Source: the human T2T-CHM13v2.0 reference genome, Homo sapiens. From it: a DNA stretch of 64,000 bases. The notes below the pieces were generated by a model. The model ran no database searches, was not told the origin of the DNA, and saw only the letters and a list, made by a program, of their open reading frames with translations. Of the stretch, positions 53,700-64,000 are shown in pieces. Each line of letters begins with the position of its first letter. Positions within the stretch are counted from its first letter, which is position 1. Made by a program: the position numbers and the translations under genes. The stretch lies in assembly GCF_009914755.1 (NCBI RefSeq), contig NC_060930.1. One strand, written 5' to 3'.

Positions 53700-56600
53700 A
53701 TTTCCAGATAAATGCCCTTCTACTAGCCTTCTGTGATCCTCCCCAAGAGTAGCCTTATTTTGTTTTTCTCCTTCTCTTTTACTTTCATTTCTCTCCAAAG
53801 CCCCTTCCAAATCTTTCACCACTATTACTTCTTGCCTTCTCTCATTTATAGCATCATCAATTCCAGGCCAATTCCTCTCTTACTACTTTTTGCCCAGCCC
53901 TCTCCTCTGTCCCATAAACACCCTTCAGAAATTTTTTTCAAACACTCTTTTGACATCTTTCATTCATATGAAACCTGATAACATGGTATTTTTCACAAAT
54001 GGACTCTATGTAACTCACTTTTACTCCAGCGAATATTGTTACCCCCATCCTTCAACAACTTCTCCTTTTGGAATTCATATAATTCGAATAATCCACTCCC
54101 TTTATTTAATTTATGCTTCACCCTCTGGGACACTCTGCTAAATTTCCTAGTGCTTTACACATGTGGCAAACAGATTGTGTTCTTGCTGTTAGTGTTGGTG
54201 GTGATGAGTGGTAGCGGTGGTGGTGGTGTGCTGGAGATGATATTTAATTTTGCTTTTGTTTTACTCACAATTCTATTCCTGAACAACCTGTTAAAGTCTT
54301 GGCTTCACAACATATTTTTTTACATTCACCAGTGACTTTGATCTTAATTACACTTCAACCTCTCTGTAAAATCACCCCCAACTGTTATTTCTTTAAAACC
54401 TTGAACTCAAACCAAATCATTTGGCTCTCATTATCTTCCTCCCCTGCTGCTTTGTTTCTTGTGTGATAGTCACAACATTGAAAGATGTCTCTACCACCTC
54501 TAGTATCCCTAGGACTTTTTATCTTCTGCTATTCCCACATGGCATCTCCCAGGTCAGGGTACAACTCAGTGTCATTTTTCTCTGCTCCTACTTTTAGACT
54601 GTCCAGCTTTTCTAGAGGAATAAAGAAATCTCTACTGAAGACACTGTACTCACCCATCCTGGGTCTTCAACTATTGTTGAGTAGAGTTGTATTAATATGT
54701 TGAATCTCATAATTTCCCTCAGCCTGTCATTCCAAGCCTTTTTTTTAAGTTTCCTGGGCCCTCTAACACTACTCTGTCCTCTTAATTAAAAGCAAATTAC
54801 CTCCAATCCTCCTCCACTGAGAAGATTGAAGCCATCTTATGTGAGCTCCCCCATCTTTCCTCTTCTGCAACTTAACATTTTCGTGTATCTATATCTTCCT
54901 TTATGTTCAATGTACTATCATCATAAAAGAGTTCCTGGAGGGAGTCCCATGGCATCTAGAGGTTAAAACAACATAGGGCTAAGAAGCCACCTTAAGGGGC
55001 CTCTATTAGAGGGCTTGAGCCTCACACTGGTTTGCATACATAGAAGTTAAGAGATCTGGCATAAATCAACCAACAGAGGCTGCAAGTAGGGGAAGGACAG
55101 AGTTGGGAGCAGAGGTGAGGGGGAGTAGAGACTTCCCTCAGTCTCTGTAACAAGGACATCTTTCAGAACCTGCAGTGGGATGTAGTGAGGACGCTCCCAG
55201 AGATAAATTTACTCCCTTCTTAGCACCCTGGAAACTGTAGGCCTCAGAATTAAGGCCTTCCTGGAACTCCAAGAATGAAGTGGGTAGTTTCCCCATCTCC
55301 TGTGACTTACAGGAGCTTAAGGGATTTGGGTATTGTGAAGCTTTTGCCCACAATCCTGTGCCACAGATGCACATCTGTAGGAGTCCTGGACCTGACCATC
55401 AGGCCCTGTGTATCAGGTGGAAACAGAGCCAATGTCCCAAGTTGGATGGAAGAGAGTGGGTCAATTGGGAGTCTTTCTCACTTAGCAAGGGGAGCTCCCA
55501 ATATTAGAAAGCTAGGGCACTGCACCCCAAGACCTCTGACTTTATCCCTGACTTCTTAAGACTCACCTCAGGCCTGATAACAGGTCTCAGAGTGGCTGGA
55601 TAATGGCAAACCTGGCCGTTGCCAGGGAATGGCCAGCGTCGTCTGGGAGTCTGTTTCTCTGAGAACTTTGTCGAAGCCCATGGCTGGAAGGAGAAACTGA
55701 GAAGCTGAAGAATTCTTCTTCCATATGAAGTTACCATGCTTTGTCTACATCTTCCATATTCTTCAAGGTCCTATAGTAATATGTTCTCAAATTCTCATCC
55801 TCTGTACCACTGACTCACACTTTCCCTTCTGCCTACCAGATTCCATCCTCTTAAAAAATAACCTATACTTCTTGACTTTTGAATGTCCATTCTTTACTTC
55901 AGCTGCTTCCATTTAACCAGAATGTTTAAAGTGATAGCATGTGTGTGTGTGCACATATGTGCACCCATTTGTATTGGGTATATCTGTATGTGATATCTAT
56001 ATCTTAGAAAGGAAAAAGAAATCTCAGAACCCCCAAACAGATTATGCCAAAGGGAAAGTTAAGCCTACAGATGGAGTCACTTAAAACTGCCATCTTTTTT
56101 CCAAATTAATAGCTGCTACTTCACAACCTTTGTCAAAGCTTTGTATACATCAGCCAGACTCCCATGAAACAGACAATCAGGCATCTCCAGATGCTTTCTG
56201 GCCTCAAAATCTTTCAATATGCATATCTTCTCATAAAACAAGAATGTGTCAATTTAAAGATCTGTGATCCAAGTCTAGCTCCTAAAACTAAAGCCTTAGA
56301 TTTCACATTGATTGATACTTCTCTTCCTAGGTACAGAACAAAGACAAGATCAGTCATTCTTCTGCCTATCTGCCACTACATGCCTTTCCCACATTAAGGA
56401 AATGTGTAAATACTAAATCTCTTGAAAACCCCTTCAGCTAACATTGGCCACAGAGGCATCTGCGACTCCTATTTTTTTCCAGGCACACCCTCAAGCTCTG
56501 ACTTAATGAACCTCCATAGATTGAGACTCTTGCCTTATCACTCATTTCAGTTAACAATATATCTATATTTGTTTAATCTACTTCTTCAGCTGTAATCTAC

Positions 56601-56760
56601 TTTATATCTAACCCTCTTTCTTATTTCCTCTTCTTATCTTTCCCACTGCCCTCAATTTCAGGCCCTTATTGCCACTGTCTTAAACTATTTAGTATTTCCT
56701 TCAGCTTCTGTTTTCTCTAATATGTTTCACATAATGCTGACAGAATTATTTTCTAAAACA
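53700..56760 (+). mobile_element. Degraded L2 ORF2 segments interrupted by LTRs
   Basis: Pyrimidine-rich L2-like motifs: ctgagaagattgaagccatc...gagctcccc and ttcaggcccttatt...gacagaattattttctaaaaca. Confidence 0.45.
56004..56556 (+). mobile_element. MER4-group ERV1 LTR
   Basis: gaaaggaaaaagaaatctcagaacccccaaac...tatgccaaagggaaagttaagc...ttcagttaaca. Confidence 0.75.
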
Positions 56761-56767
56761 AAATAAT

Positions 56768-57290
56768 TGTGTTAATTGGTTTGCAAGTGACAAAAACACA
56801 ACTCAAACTAGTTTAAACAAAATTTAGGAATTTATGAATCATAGAGTGTGTTGTTGGACCAAAAACAGGAATATATCTGAGCCTCCAAAAATCATTAAAA
56901 TTAAAATATTTTAAAACATCAGAATACCTTGACTATATTTCATCTGTTTTCTCCTTCCCATGTTGGCTTGATTAATGTATTACTTCTTCATATGATGCTT
57001 CATTTTTCCTGTTCCTTGTGGCATCAAACATGGTTTTGTACATTTCTTGAGCTTTGTTGCTTTACTGTGTAATTTTCTAAGTTTCAAGTCCAATATAGGA
57101 AGAGATTCATTGGCCACCTAAGTGTCCACCCTTTGAATGAACCAAGAGTGATCAGGAATTGAGTCAGTTTATAACATGGTTGCTACAACAACAATAATAT
57201 ATAGTTTTTACCAACAAGAGAGAAGAGATGGGGACAGGTGATCTCAGAGGAAGGAAAGGGCCATTTCCAAAGGAGAAAGTTCAGAAGAAA
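56768..57290 (-). mobile_element. MLT1K/L-like MaLR LTR
   Basis: tttgcaagtgacaaaaacacaactcaaactagtttaaac and gattcattggcc...gtgtccaccc. Confidence 0.6.
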
Positions 57291-57599
57291 AACAATAGAT
57301 CTTCGATACATTTGTATTTACAAGCACTTTTTACAGCAATTGACGCACAATAAGTATTCCATACGACTCCTGTTTCTTCTGTTCAATTGTCTTTAGTAGC
57401 TTCAAATTACCTTCTCAGCGCACCACATTTTCCTAAATTTTATGTAAGCTAGTCAGCTAGAATAATGGCTAAACCAATGTAATACATATTAACATAGCCT
57501 TTATATCCTGCCCCTTCCGTTCTCCACTCCTGCTGAGCAAACACAGGTACTTTCCTGTGTTAACATTAAGCTTCACAGTCAATGCAGTTTTCCCTAAGA

Positions 57600-57800
57600 T
57601 GGCTGTGTGGTATGCTGGAAGGATTATGAGGACTGGAGCCTCAACTCTAAGATTTGTAATCAAGTTCTACTAAACCGTAAAACCAGGCAAGCCAGGGCTC
57701 CCCACAGTACAGTGGCATCTGCTTTACAGGATTACTTCAGATATTGAGATAACTGTGAAAGGACATTGTAAATGTTCAAGCAGTTTCAAATATTAGCAAG
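57600..57800 (+). mobile_element. MIR
   Basis: tgtgtggtatgctggaagg...ggactggagc...gagataactgtgaaagg. Confidence 0.5.
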
Positions 57801-60125
57801 AGGCAGCAAGTTCCTAAGGTGAAATATGGCATAATGGGAAAAGCCTCAAAGGTTTGAAAAAGGAACTATAGAAGAAAAATACAAAAAATGCTAGACAGAA
57901 TACATATAATTCCAAATACAATGAGAAAAAATGAGATTGTTTTTGTTCTGGGAAAAATAGATAGGATTTTTAAAATAAATATAATTCTTCATCTTTTTTA
58001 AAAATGTAAGAAATGCGAAAATAACATTGCCAGGAGAAGACCAAGAAATGGTAATAAAAATATCCTGCCTCTTCAGCTATGGTTGTACAGAAGATGATAG
58101 CTTTCCTCCCATTTAACTTAGGCAAGACTGAAGGACTCAATTAGTAATGAGTAATTATGAGTTATCCCATAGAGAAATCACAATACTAGTAGCTGGAAGA
58201 TTCAAGGCAAATCACTTATTATCTCAAGTCTTGCGTTCCTCACATGGGTTAAGAAAGAAGGGACTCAATAACCCATGATATTTCCTCAAGATCTAAATCA
58301 CTATTACATAGAAACCAAGTATTACAAGTAAAACTGAGAATTCAATATCTACACTATGATAGTCACAATTATACTATGCACAATAGACAATGCAGTTAAA
58401 ATATTTAACCTCAGGGTTTTAATAATTCATCAGATTATTATAAAATAGTAGAGATTTTTTAGAGTTTTGTTTTCTTTTGTCTCAGATTTTTTCTTCCTTT
58501 TTACTGAGCTGCAGTTTTATTGAGATCAAATTTCCTATTTATTTATTCAATGTTGTTCCCTCTAAAAAAGTATTTTATTTTGAAAAAGCAAGGGATGCTT
58601 TAAAGATTTGTAATCTAAAATATAGCATTCCATTTCAACTATTAAGTTTAGAAATAAACATAAATTAAATTTAACTTATACTTTTGAATTACTATATTCC
58701 ATTTTCAATTAACATTTTTTCAAAATTTCTTTTCTGGAATTATCATTTCATACAGTTTTTATATCCATGATATTTTCATTTTAGTTACCATGTTTTCTTT
58801 TCACATAATAAATGAGATGAGTACAGAAGAAAAGTAATATTTTCATAAAATATCTCAGAAAATATACTATTACAAATACCAAATATCACTATCATAATGA
58901 CTCATACCTCAAATCTGTTTATTTAACCTCTGTAAAATTAAAGTTTCCATATTTTTATGGTTTGATATTTGTGCTTTCTAAATGGAGGTTATCTTAATTT
59001 CAGAGGAGAAATATTGGTCCGTGAATTTTTTAAGAAATAGCAAAGTGGGAACATACAACATATAATATAAATGTAGGTTGTTTTCTGTTTAATAAGGTAT
59101 TATAGCTGGGCTTCTTTACCTTTTTTTCCAGATATTTTTGAGAAACTACCCAGAGTTACTTCAGAAAACCACATTGTCTTTCAAATGCCTTTATATAAAT
59201 AAGGCTTATGTAGGAAAGCCTTTTGTATTCTCAAAACAAACAGACATATTTGCTTCACCTTGTCCTGGAGTACCAGTAGGCAGACTACATATATTTGGAG
59301 CACAAAGAGAACAGGGGTAGCAAAAAATGTGTATATAAAAATGTATGTCTCTATTTATAAAGAAATTTAATATTTAATGTTTCAAAAATGGAAAAAATTA
59401 AACCTCTGCTCTCCTTTCTCACAGCTCTGTTATCACCAGTATTGAACATATATGTGCATGTGCATGGTAGAGAGGAAAACGAGACAGAAACACTTTCTGT
59501 GCTATGTTTCAGGAACCTACTGACATTATTCTTAACCATCCTTCCTTTGAAGCATTCTTGTTTCTTGTCTCATTTGCTTCCTTTTCTTTGTTCCTTGAAA
59601 TTTGAAAACAAGATTTTCATAAAATAAACTGTCAGAAAGAAAACCTGTACATTATGGTAGTTTTCAAAAGCTATTCAACACCATGTAAATACAGTAAGTG
59701 CACTTATAATCAACAAGAAGCAGCAGAAAATTTTCTCAGTGATCTGTAGAGATGACTTTTATTTTTCACAGATAAAAGAAGGGAAAATAAGTGATTTCTC
59801 TACCTGACATCATAGTACTTACAGAACTATTAGGTGAAAAGAATCCAATTCCAATAATATTTGAAAGGCAACTAGACAAGCTCTATTTAATGTGTCTAAT
59901 AAATGTACATTTTGAGTGGTTATTGATATAGGAACTTCTGGTTCACCCATGTTTCCCTTAAAAAATTAAAGGTTTTGGGTTTTTTTTTTTTTTTTACTCA
60001 AAGCCTATACCAATATTCTTAGTAATGATTTCTTGCAGAATTGGCCTCTTCCCATCCAAGGGGTACAACAGTTTAAGAGATTAAAATGTATTATTTGGAC
60101 AGATTTAGTTAAAGTAACAATAACA

Positions 60126-60129
<4 letters not shown>

Positions 60130-60164
<35 letters not shown>
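60130..60164. repeat. (CA)n microsatellite
   Basis: Direct reading. Confidence 0.95.
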
Positions 60165-60167
<3 letters not shown>

Positions 60168-60229
60168 CCTCCTAATGCTATCCAAGTATCTGTTGAAAAA
60201 TTCATTAGGGTTTTTGGCAGCAAGAAAGA

Positions 60230-60450
60230 CACTAATAAATATTAAACATCTGATAGGACCAAACACTGGGAACAGCTTTCCTCATGTAGTCTTTGCAACC
60301 ACCCTGTGATATGGTTATAATGGTCCATATTTTATATCTAAAGAAACCATGGCTCGATAATAAGTTGTCCAGCACAAGTAAGTTGCATAAACAGTAAGTG
60401 ATAAAGCAGAATTGCAATTCAGATTTCTCTAGCTATAAAATTTGGATTTG
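60230..60450 (-). mobile_element. MIR
   Basis: caaccaccctgtgatatgg...ccatattttatatctaaagaaacc...gcagaattgcaattcag. Confidence 0.6.
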
Positions 60451-61807
60451 TTAACCAACACTACTGGTTTTCTAGTGTTCGAATTTGTAGCGCTAACATT
60501 TAAAAAAGAGGGACAGGGAGAGAATGGGAGAGAGAAAGAGCTACATAGGATTGCCACACTCTCCTTTTACCAAGTGTATTTAGCCATTAAAAATCAAATG
60601 AGTGGTTTGTTTCTCTTCTTAAGCTGAAAAATTATAGAAAAGCAACAGATAATTTTTTAAATGTTCATTTTCTGCAAAAGAAAGAGATAATCTTGTATGA
60701 TCTGCGGATTCCAAATTAAGTATGACTGCTAATATTAAATAGAAAGTGAAAAGAACAGAAGAACATAGGATAAAGTACCAATACAACTCAGAAAATATCA
60801 GCAAAAATTGCATGGAGAGATTCACCATGAAAAAGAAAAGCTGCATTGCCTACTTATTCCAATACAGGCACTGGTGTTACCAGGACTGTTGAAAGAAATC
60901 CTTTACACTAATTAGCTCTGGGGAACAAAAATTAAGGTCTGTATAAAAATCACATAGTTCATCCAGAGCCATATTTTATGACAACAAATGTAGTCATTGG
61001 AGTATAAAGTTTTGAAAACTTATTTAGCCCTTCCTTCTCCTTCAACACTACAAAGTGTGGTACAGGACAATACAATCTGAAGAGGCTATGGACAAAATGC
61101 AGTTTAAGAAGAAACTGAAAAATGCACAAATGTCTTTTATAGTGAAAGCCTTAATGCTTTATTCTAAGATCAGGGAGAAGACAAGGCTATAAGAAGAAAT
61201 ATGGAACACTAATTCTGAAACCAATTTATCTGTATACTAGGGTTGAACAAGTAAGTAAATATATTATACATAATGAGAGGCAGGAATCTCACCAAGAGAG
61301 AAATAAGTTACAAATAAGAAAAAGGAGATGCTAGAATAAACATGATGACATTGGATTAAAGTCAGAAGTATCAATACAGACTAATTTTTAAAATATATTT
61401 TCTGATAAGGAGGTACAAAATAAATATAGATGTATGTATGTAGAAATAAATACACCATTCTCCAATAAAATGAACCAAAGCTCCTTAGAAAAGTGGTTGA
61501 TTCTAGGGCTGGGGAAGAGAATATACGAGGTTAGCCAGGAAAGTCTCATGATGCCAGAAAGTATGAATGACCTCCCTACCCCCACAAAAATAATGAAGAA
61601 ATATCAAAAAGGCACACGAACAAATGTGAAGGAGCTCTAGATGGCCAAAGTTGGAACAACTTGAGCAAAACAGTAAATGTCAGTAGCTGTTTTATAATCC
61701 AAATAATAAAATAAATATTATGAATTTATATAAATGAATAAATAAAATAGGAGAAAAGTAATATCATATCTTCACAGAAGAATTCAAATTAATAAATGTA
61801 GAAAGAA

Positions 61808-62067
61808 TGTTAAAAGGGTAGATCTTATATTAAGTGTCATTACCACAAAAAACAAACTAACAAAAAATCAAAAACAAAAACAAGATGGCACAAAGAAGTT
61901 TTGGAAGGTGTTGGGTATGTCTATTACTTGATTGTAGTGATGGTAATACAGGTGTATGCATATATTCAAACTCAAATTGTACACATTAAATAAGCATAGT
62001 TCCTTCTACATCAATTAGAACCACAATACAGCTCTTAAAAAATAAAAGCACAAGTATTTATTTTATA
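61808..62067 (+). mobile_element. L1MA10/L1MB1-like 3' end insertion
   Basis: aagggtagatcttatattaagtgtc...cttgattgtagtgatggt. TSD agaaagaa at 61800-61807 and 62068-62075. Confidence 0.7.
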
Positions 62068-63208
62068 AGAAAGAACAAGGAAGGGAGGAAGGAAAAAAGG
62101 AAAGAGGAAAAGAAATAAAGAAATAGGAAAATAGAAAAAATTACTATAAGAACACCACAGTAATAATTGCCACAGGCAAGATTCTCTAATAGATACTAAA
62201 ATTAGCAGGCAAAGTTTAAGAGAAAACAGGATATTTGCATAGTCTCAAGTACGTTCCTTCCAATATGTATAAATTATAAAGGAAATAAAACAGTAACTTC
62301 ATGATAGAGAATCCTAGAAGACATCACTTTAGCCAAATGGTCAAGGTTAACATTAACAGTAGCACAAACGGATACTATGTATCCCTTAATATAATGCACT
62401 GAGAAGGGCACATGGTCACGTCTCCTTCATGGCATTTTTCCCAAAAATGTGTAGCCTCAATCTAATAATGAGAAAACATCACACAAAACCAAACTGAGAG
62501 ACACTCTGCAAACTAACAGGTCAATATTCTTTGAACATGTCAAGGTCATGAAAGACAAGGAAAGACTGAGGAAATGCCCCAGATGGGAAGAAACTAAGGA
62601 GATGTGGAAGCCGAATATGACCTAGGATTCTGTATAGAATCCTGAAAGTGAAAAAGGACATTAATGCAAAAATTTGTAAAATCCAAGCAAGTTCTGTGCT
62701 TTAGTTAATAGTATTTGACCAAGGGTAATATTTTAGTTTTGATACATTTTCTATGGTTATATAACATGTTCACATAAGTGCAAACTAGGCAAATGATATA
62801 TTAGAACTTTCTTAACTGCATTTGCAAATGTTCTGTAATCCTAAAATTATCTCAAAATAAAAATAAATCTTAGAATTAAAATAAGTGAAACAAACATATT
62901 CATTATTTAGTTGGTGGCACAATCACATAAATAGGGACCAATACAAGTGAATTTAAGATGCTGGATAAATATATCAAAGACAACAATAAAATAGATGTTT
63001 AAGTAATCATTTAGCAATATAATAGTTGCTACTCTGAGACTGTTGCATTGTTAATATAGGATAAACCAAATGACAAATTATTTGAAATTCTATCAACCCC
63101 AATGTTCCTGAGAGCTAGGCTTTTCAGCGTGAGATAACAGAGAAAAGAAAGAAGGTAAGTACTTAGCCCTGTTGTCCGAATTTGAATTAAAAATAGCAGT
63201 ATGAACTC

Positions 63209-63500
63209 GCCGGGCGCTGTGACTCACGCCTGTAATCCCAGCACTTTGGGAGGCCGAGGCGGGCGGATCATGAGGTCAGGAGCTCGAGACCATCCTGGCT
63301 AACACGGTGAAACCCCGTCTCTACTAAAAATACAAAAAATTAGCCAGGCGTGATGGCGGGCGCCTGTAGTCCCAGCTACTCAGGAGGCTGAGGCAGGAGA
63401 ATGGCGTGAACCTGGGAAGCGGAGCTTGCAGTGAGCCAAGATGGCCACTGCACTCCAGGCTGGGAGACAGAGCGAGACTCCGTCTCAAAAAAAAAAAAAA
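63209..63500 (+). mobile_element. AluY
   Basis: gagaccatcctggctaacacgg and gaatggcgtgaacc. PolyA. TSD cagtatgaactc at 63197-63208 and 63501-63512. Confidence 0.95.
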
Positions 63501-63773
63501 CAGTATGAACTCATGACAATTTAAACATTTTTCCTCTACTTATGTCCTGTAAAATCTCTAGAAACTAATTAACCCAGCAATAAAGAACACTCGAAGCAAA
63601 TAGATAGGGGTCTCCAAATATTATTTCCCACTGAAAGGAATCAGGGTTCTTTGGAGAAATAAATGATTTCAGGTCTGGCATAGGACATGTATAAGATACA
63701 ATTAGAATAGATAGTCATGCTAGATAGCAAGATGGGACAATGTGAATATCAGTTGGAATAATAACTTCAACTT

Positions 63774-64000
63774 TGTAGCAGTGCAACAGAAGTTTCATAA
63801 CAACGTAACTCCAGCAGGACACCTCCATATGAATGGCTTTCCATAGCACCATACTGGGCAGATTGCCAGCAAGTTCTACCAGCTTAGCACCACAGTGACT
63901 TCTCTGTCATCTGGTGAGCCTATGATCGCCAATAAAGGTCTGGATCTCAGCCTGGGCTCTCTTCCTTGGGTATGTATCTCAGCCCAAGGGGTAGAGACTG
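63774..64000 (+). mobile_element. Probable ERVL-class LTR (LTR41-like), runs off the window
   Basis: ccagcaagttctaccagc...gcaccacagtgacttctctgtcatc...aggtctggatctcagcc. Confidence 0.45.

Larger units (their letters stand above)
61120..63760 (+). mobile_element. L1MC/L1MD-like long 3' UTR with nested L1 and AluY
   Basis: ccaaagctccttagaaaagtggttgattctagggctgggga, gtcaaggtcatgaaagacaaggaaagactgagg and atttcccactgaaaggaatcaggg. Confidence 0.7.

Noticed and set aside
59132-59320. Open frame of ~60 codons after a strong acceptor
   Set aside because: No homology recognised and no supporting upstream coding exons in the window.
63410-63470. AluYb8 assignment suggested by gggaagcggag
   Set aside because: It lacks the diagnostic 7-bp insertion, so it is kept as AluY.

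Overview
This is AT-rich, repeat-dense primate DNA, very likely human given the AluY, AluS, AluJ and L1PA elements. It is intergenic or deep intronic. I find no protein-coding gene, RNA gene, CpG island or CRISPR/prokaryotic system. Every long ORF with recognisable homology is an L1 ORF2 remnant or an Alu translation. Most of the window is nested fossil transposons: L1PA/MA/MB/MC/ME, L2, L3, MIR, Alu, ERV1/ERVL/MaLR LTRs, and Tigger/hAT DNA transposons. Subfamily names come from my memory of consensus sequences, not from a database search. I cannot support a new multi-gene biological system here. The most interesting signals are local: (i) a 49-bp near-perfect inverted repeat with two alternative pairing registers in a MIR tail (25116-25290); (ii) a 47-bp copy of sequence from 3.3 kb upstream at a large deletion junction inside a once full-length L1 (14222-14268); (iii) two candidate L1 3' transductions; (iv) a twin-primed L1; (v) a GATA+TEAD motif cluster in a MER61-like LTR; (vi) two abutting perfect AT-rich palindromes.
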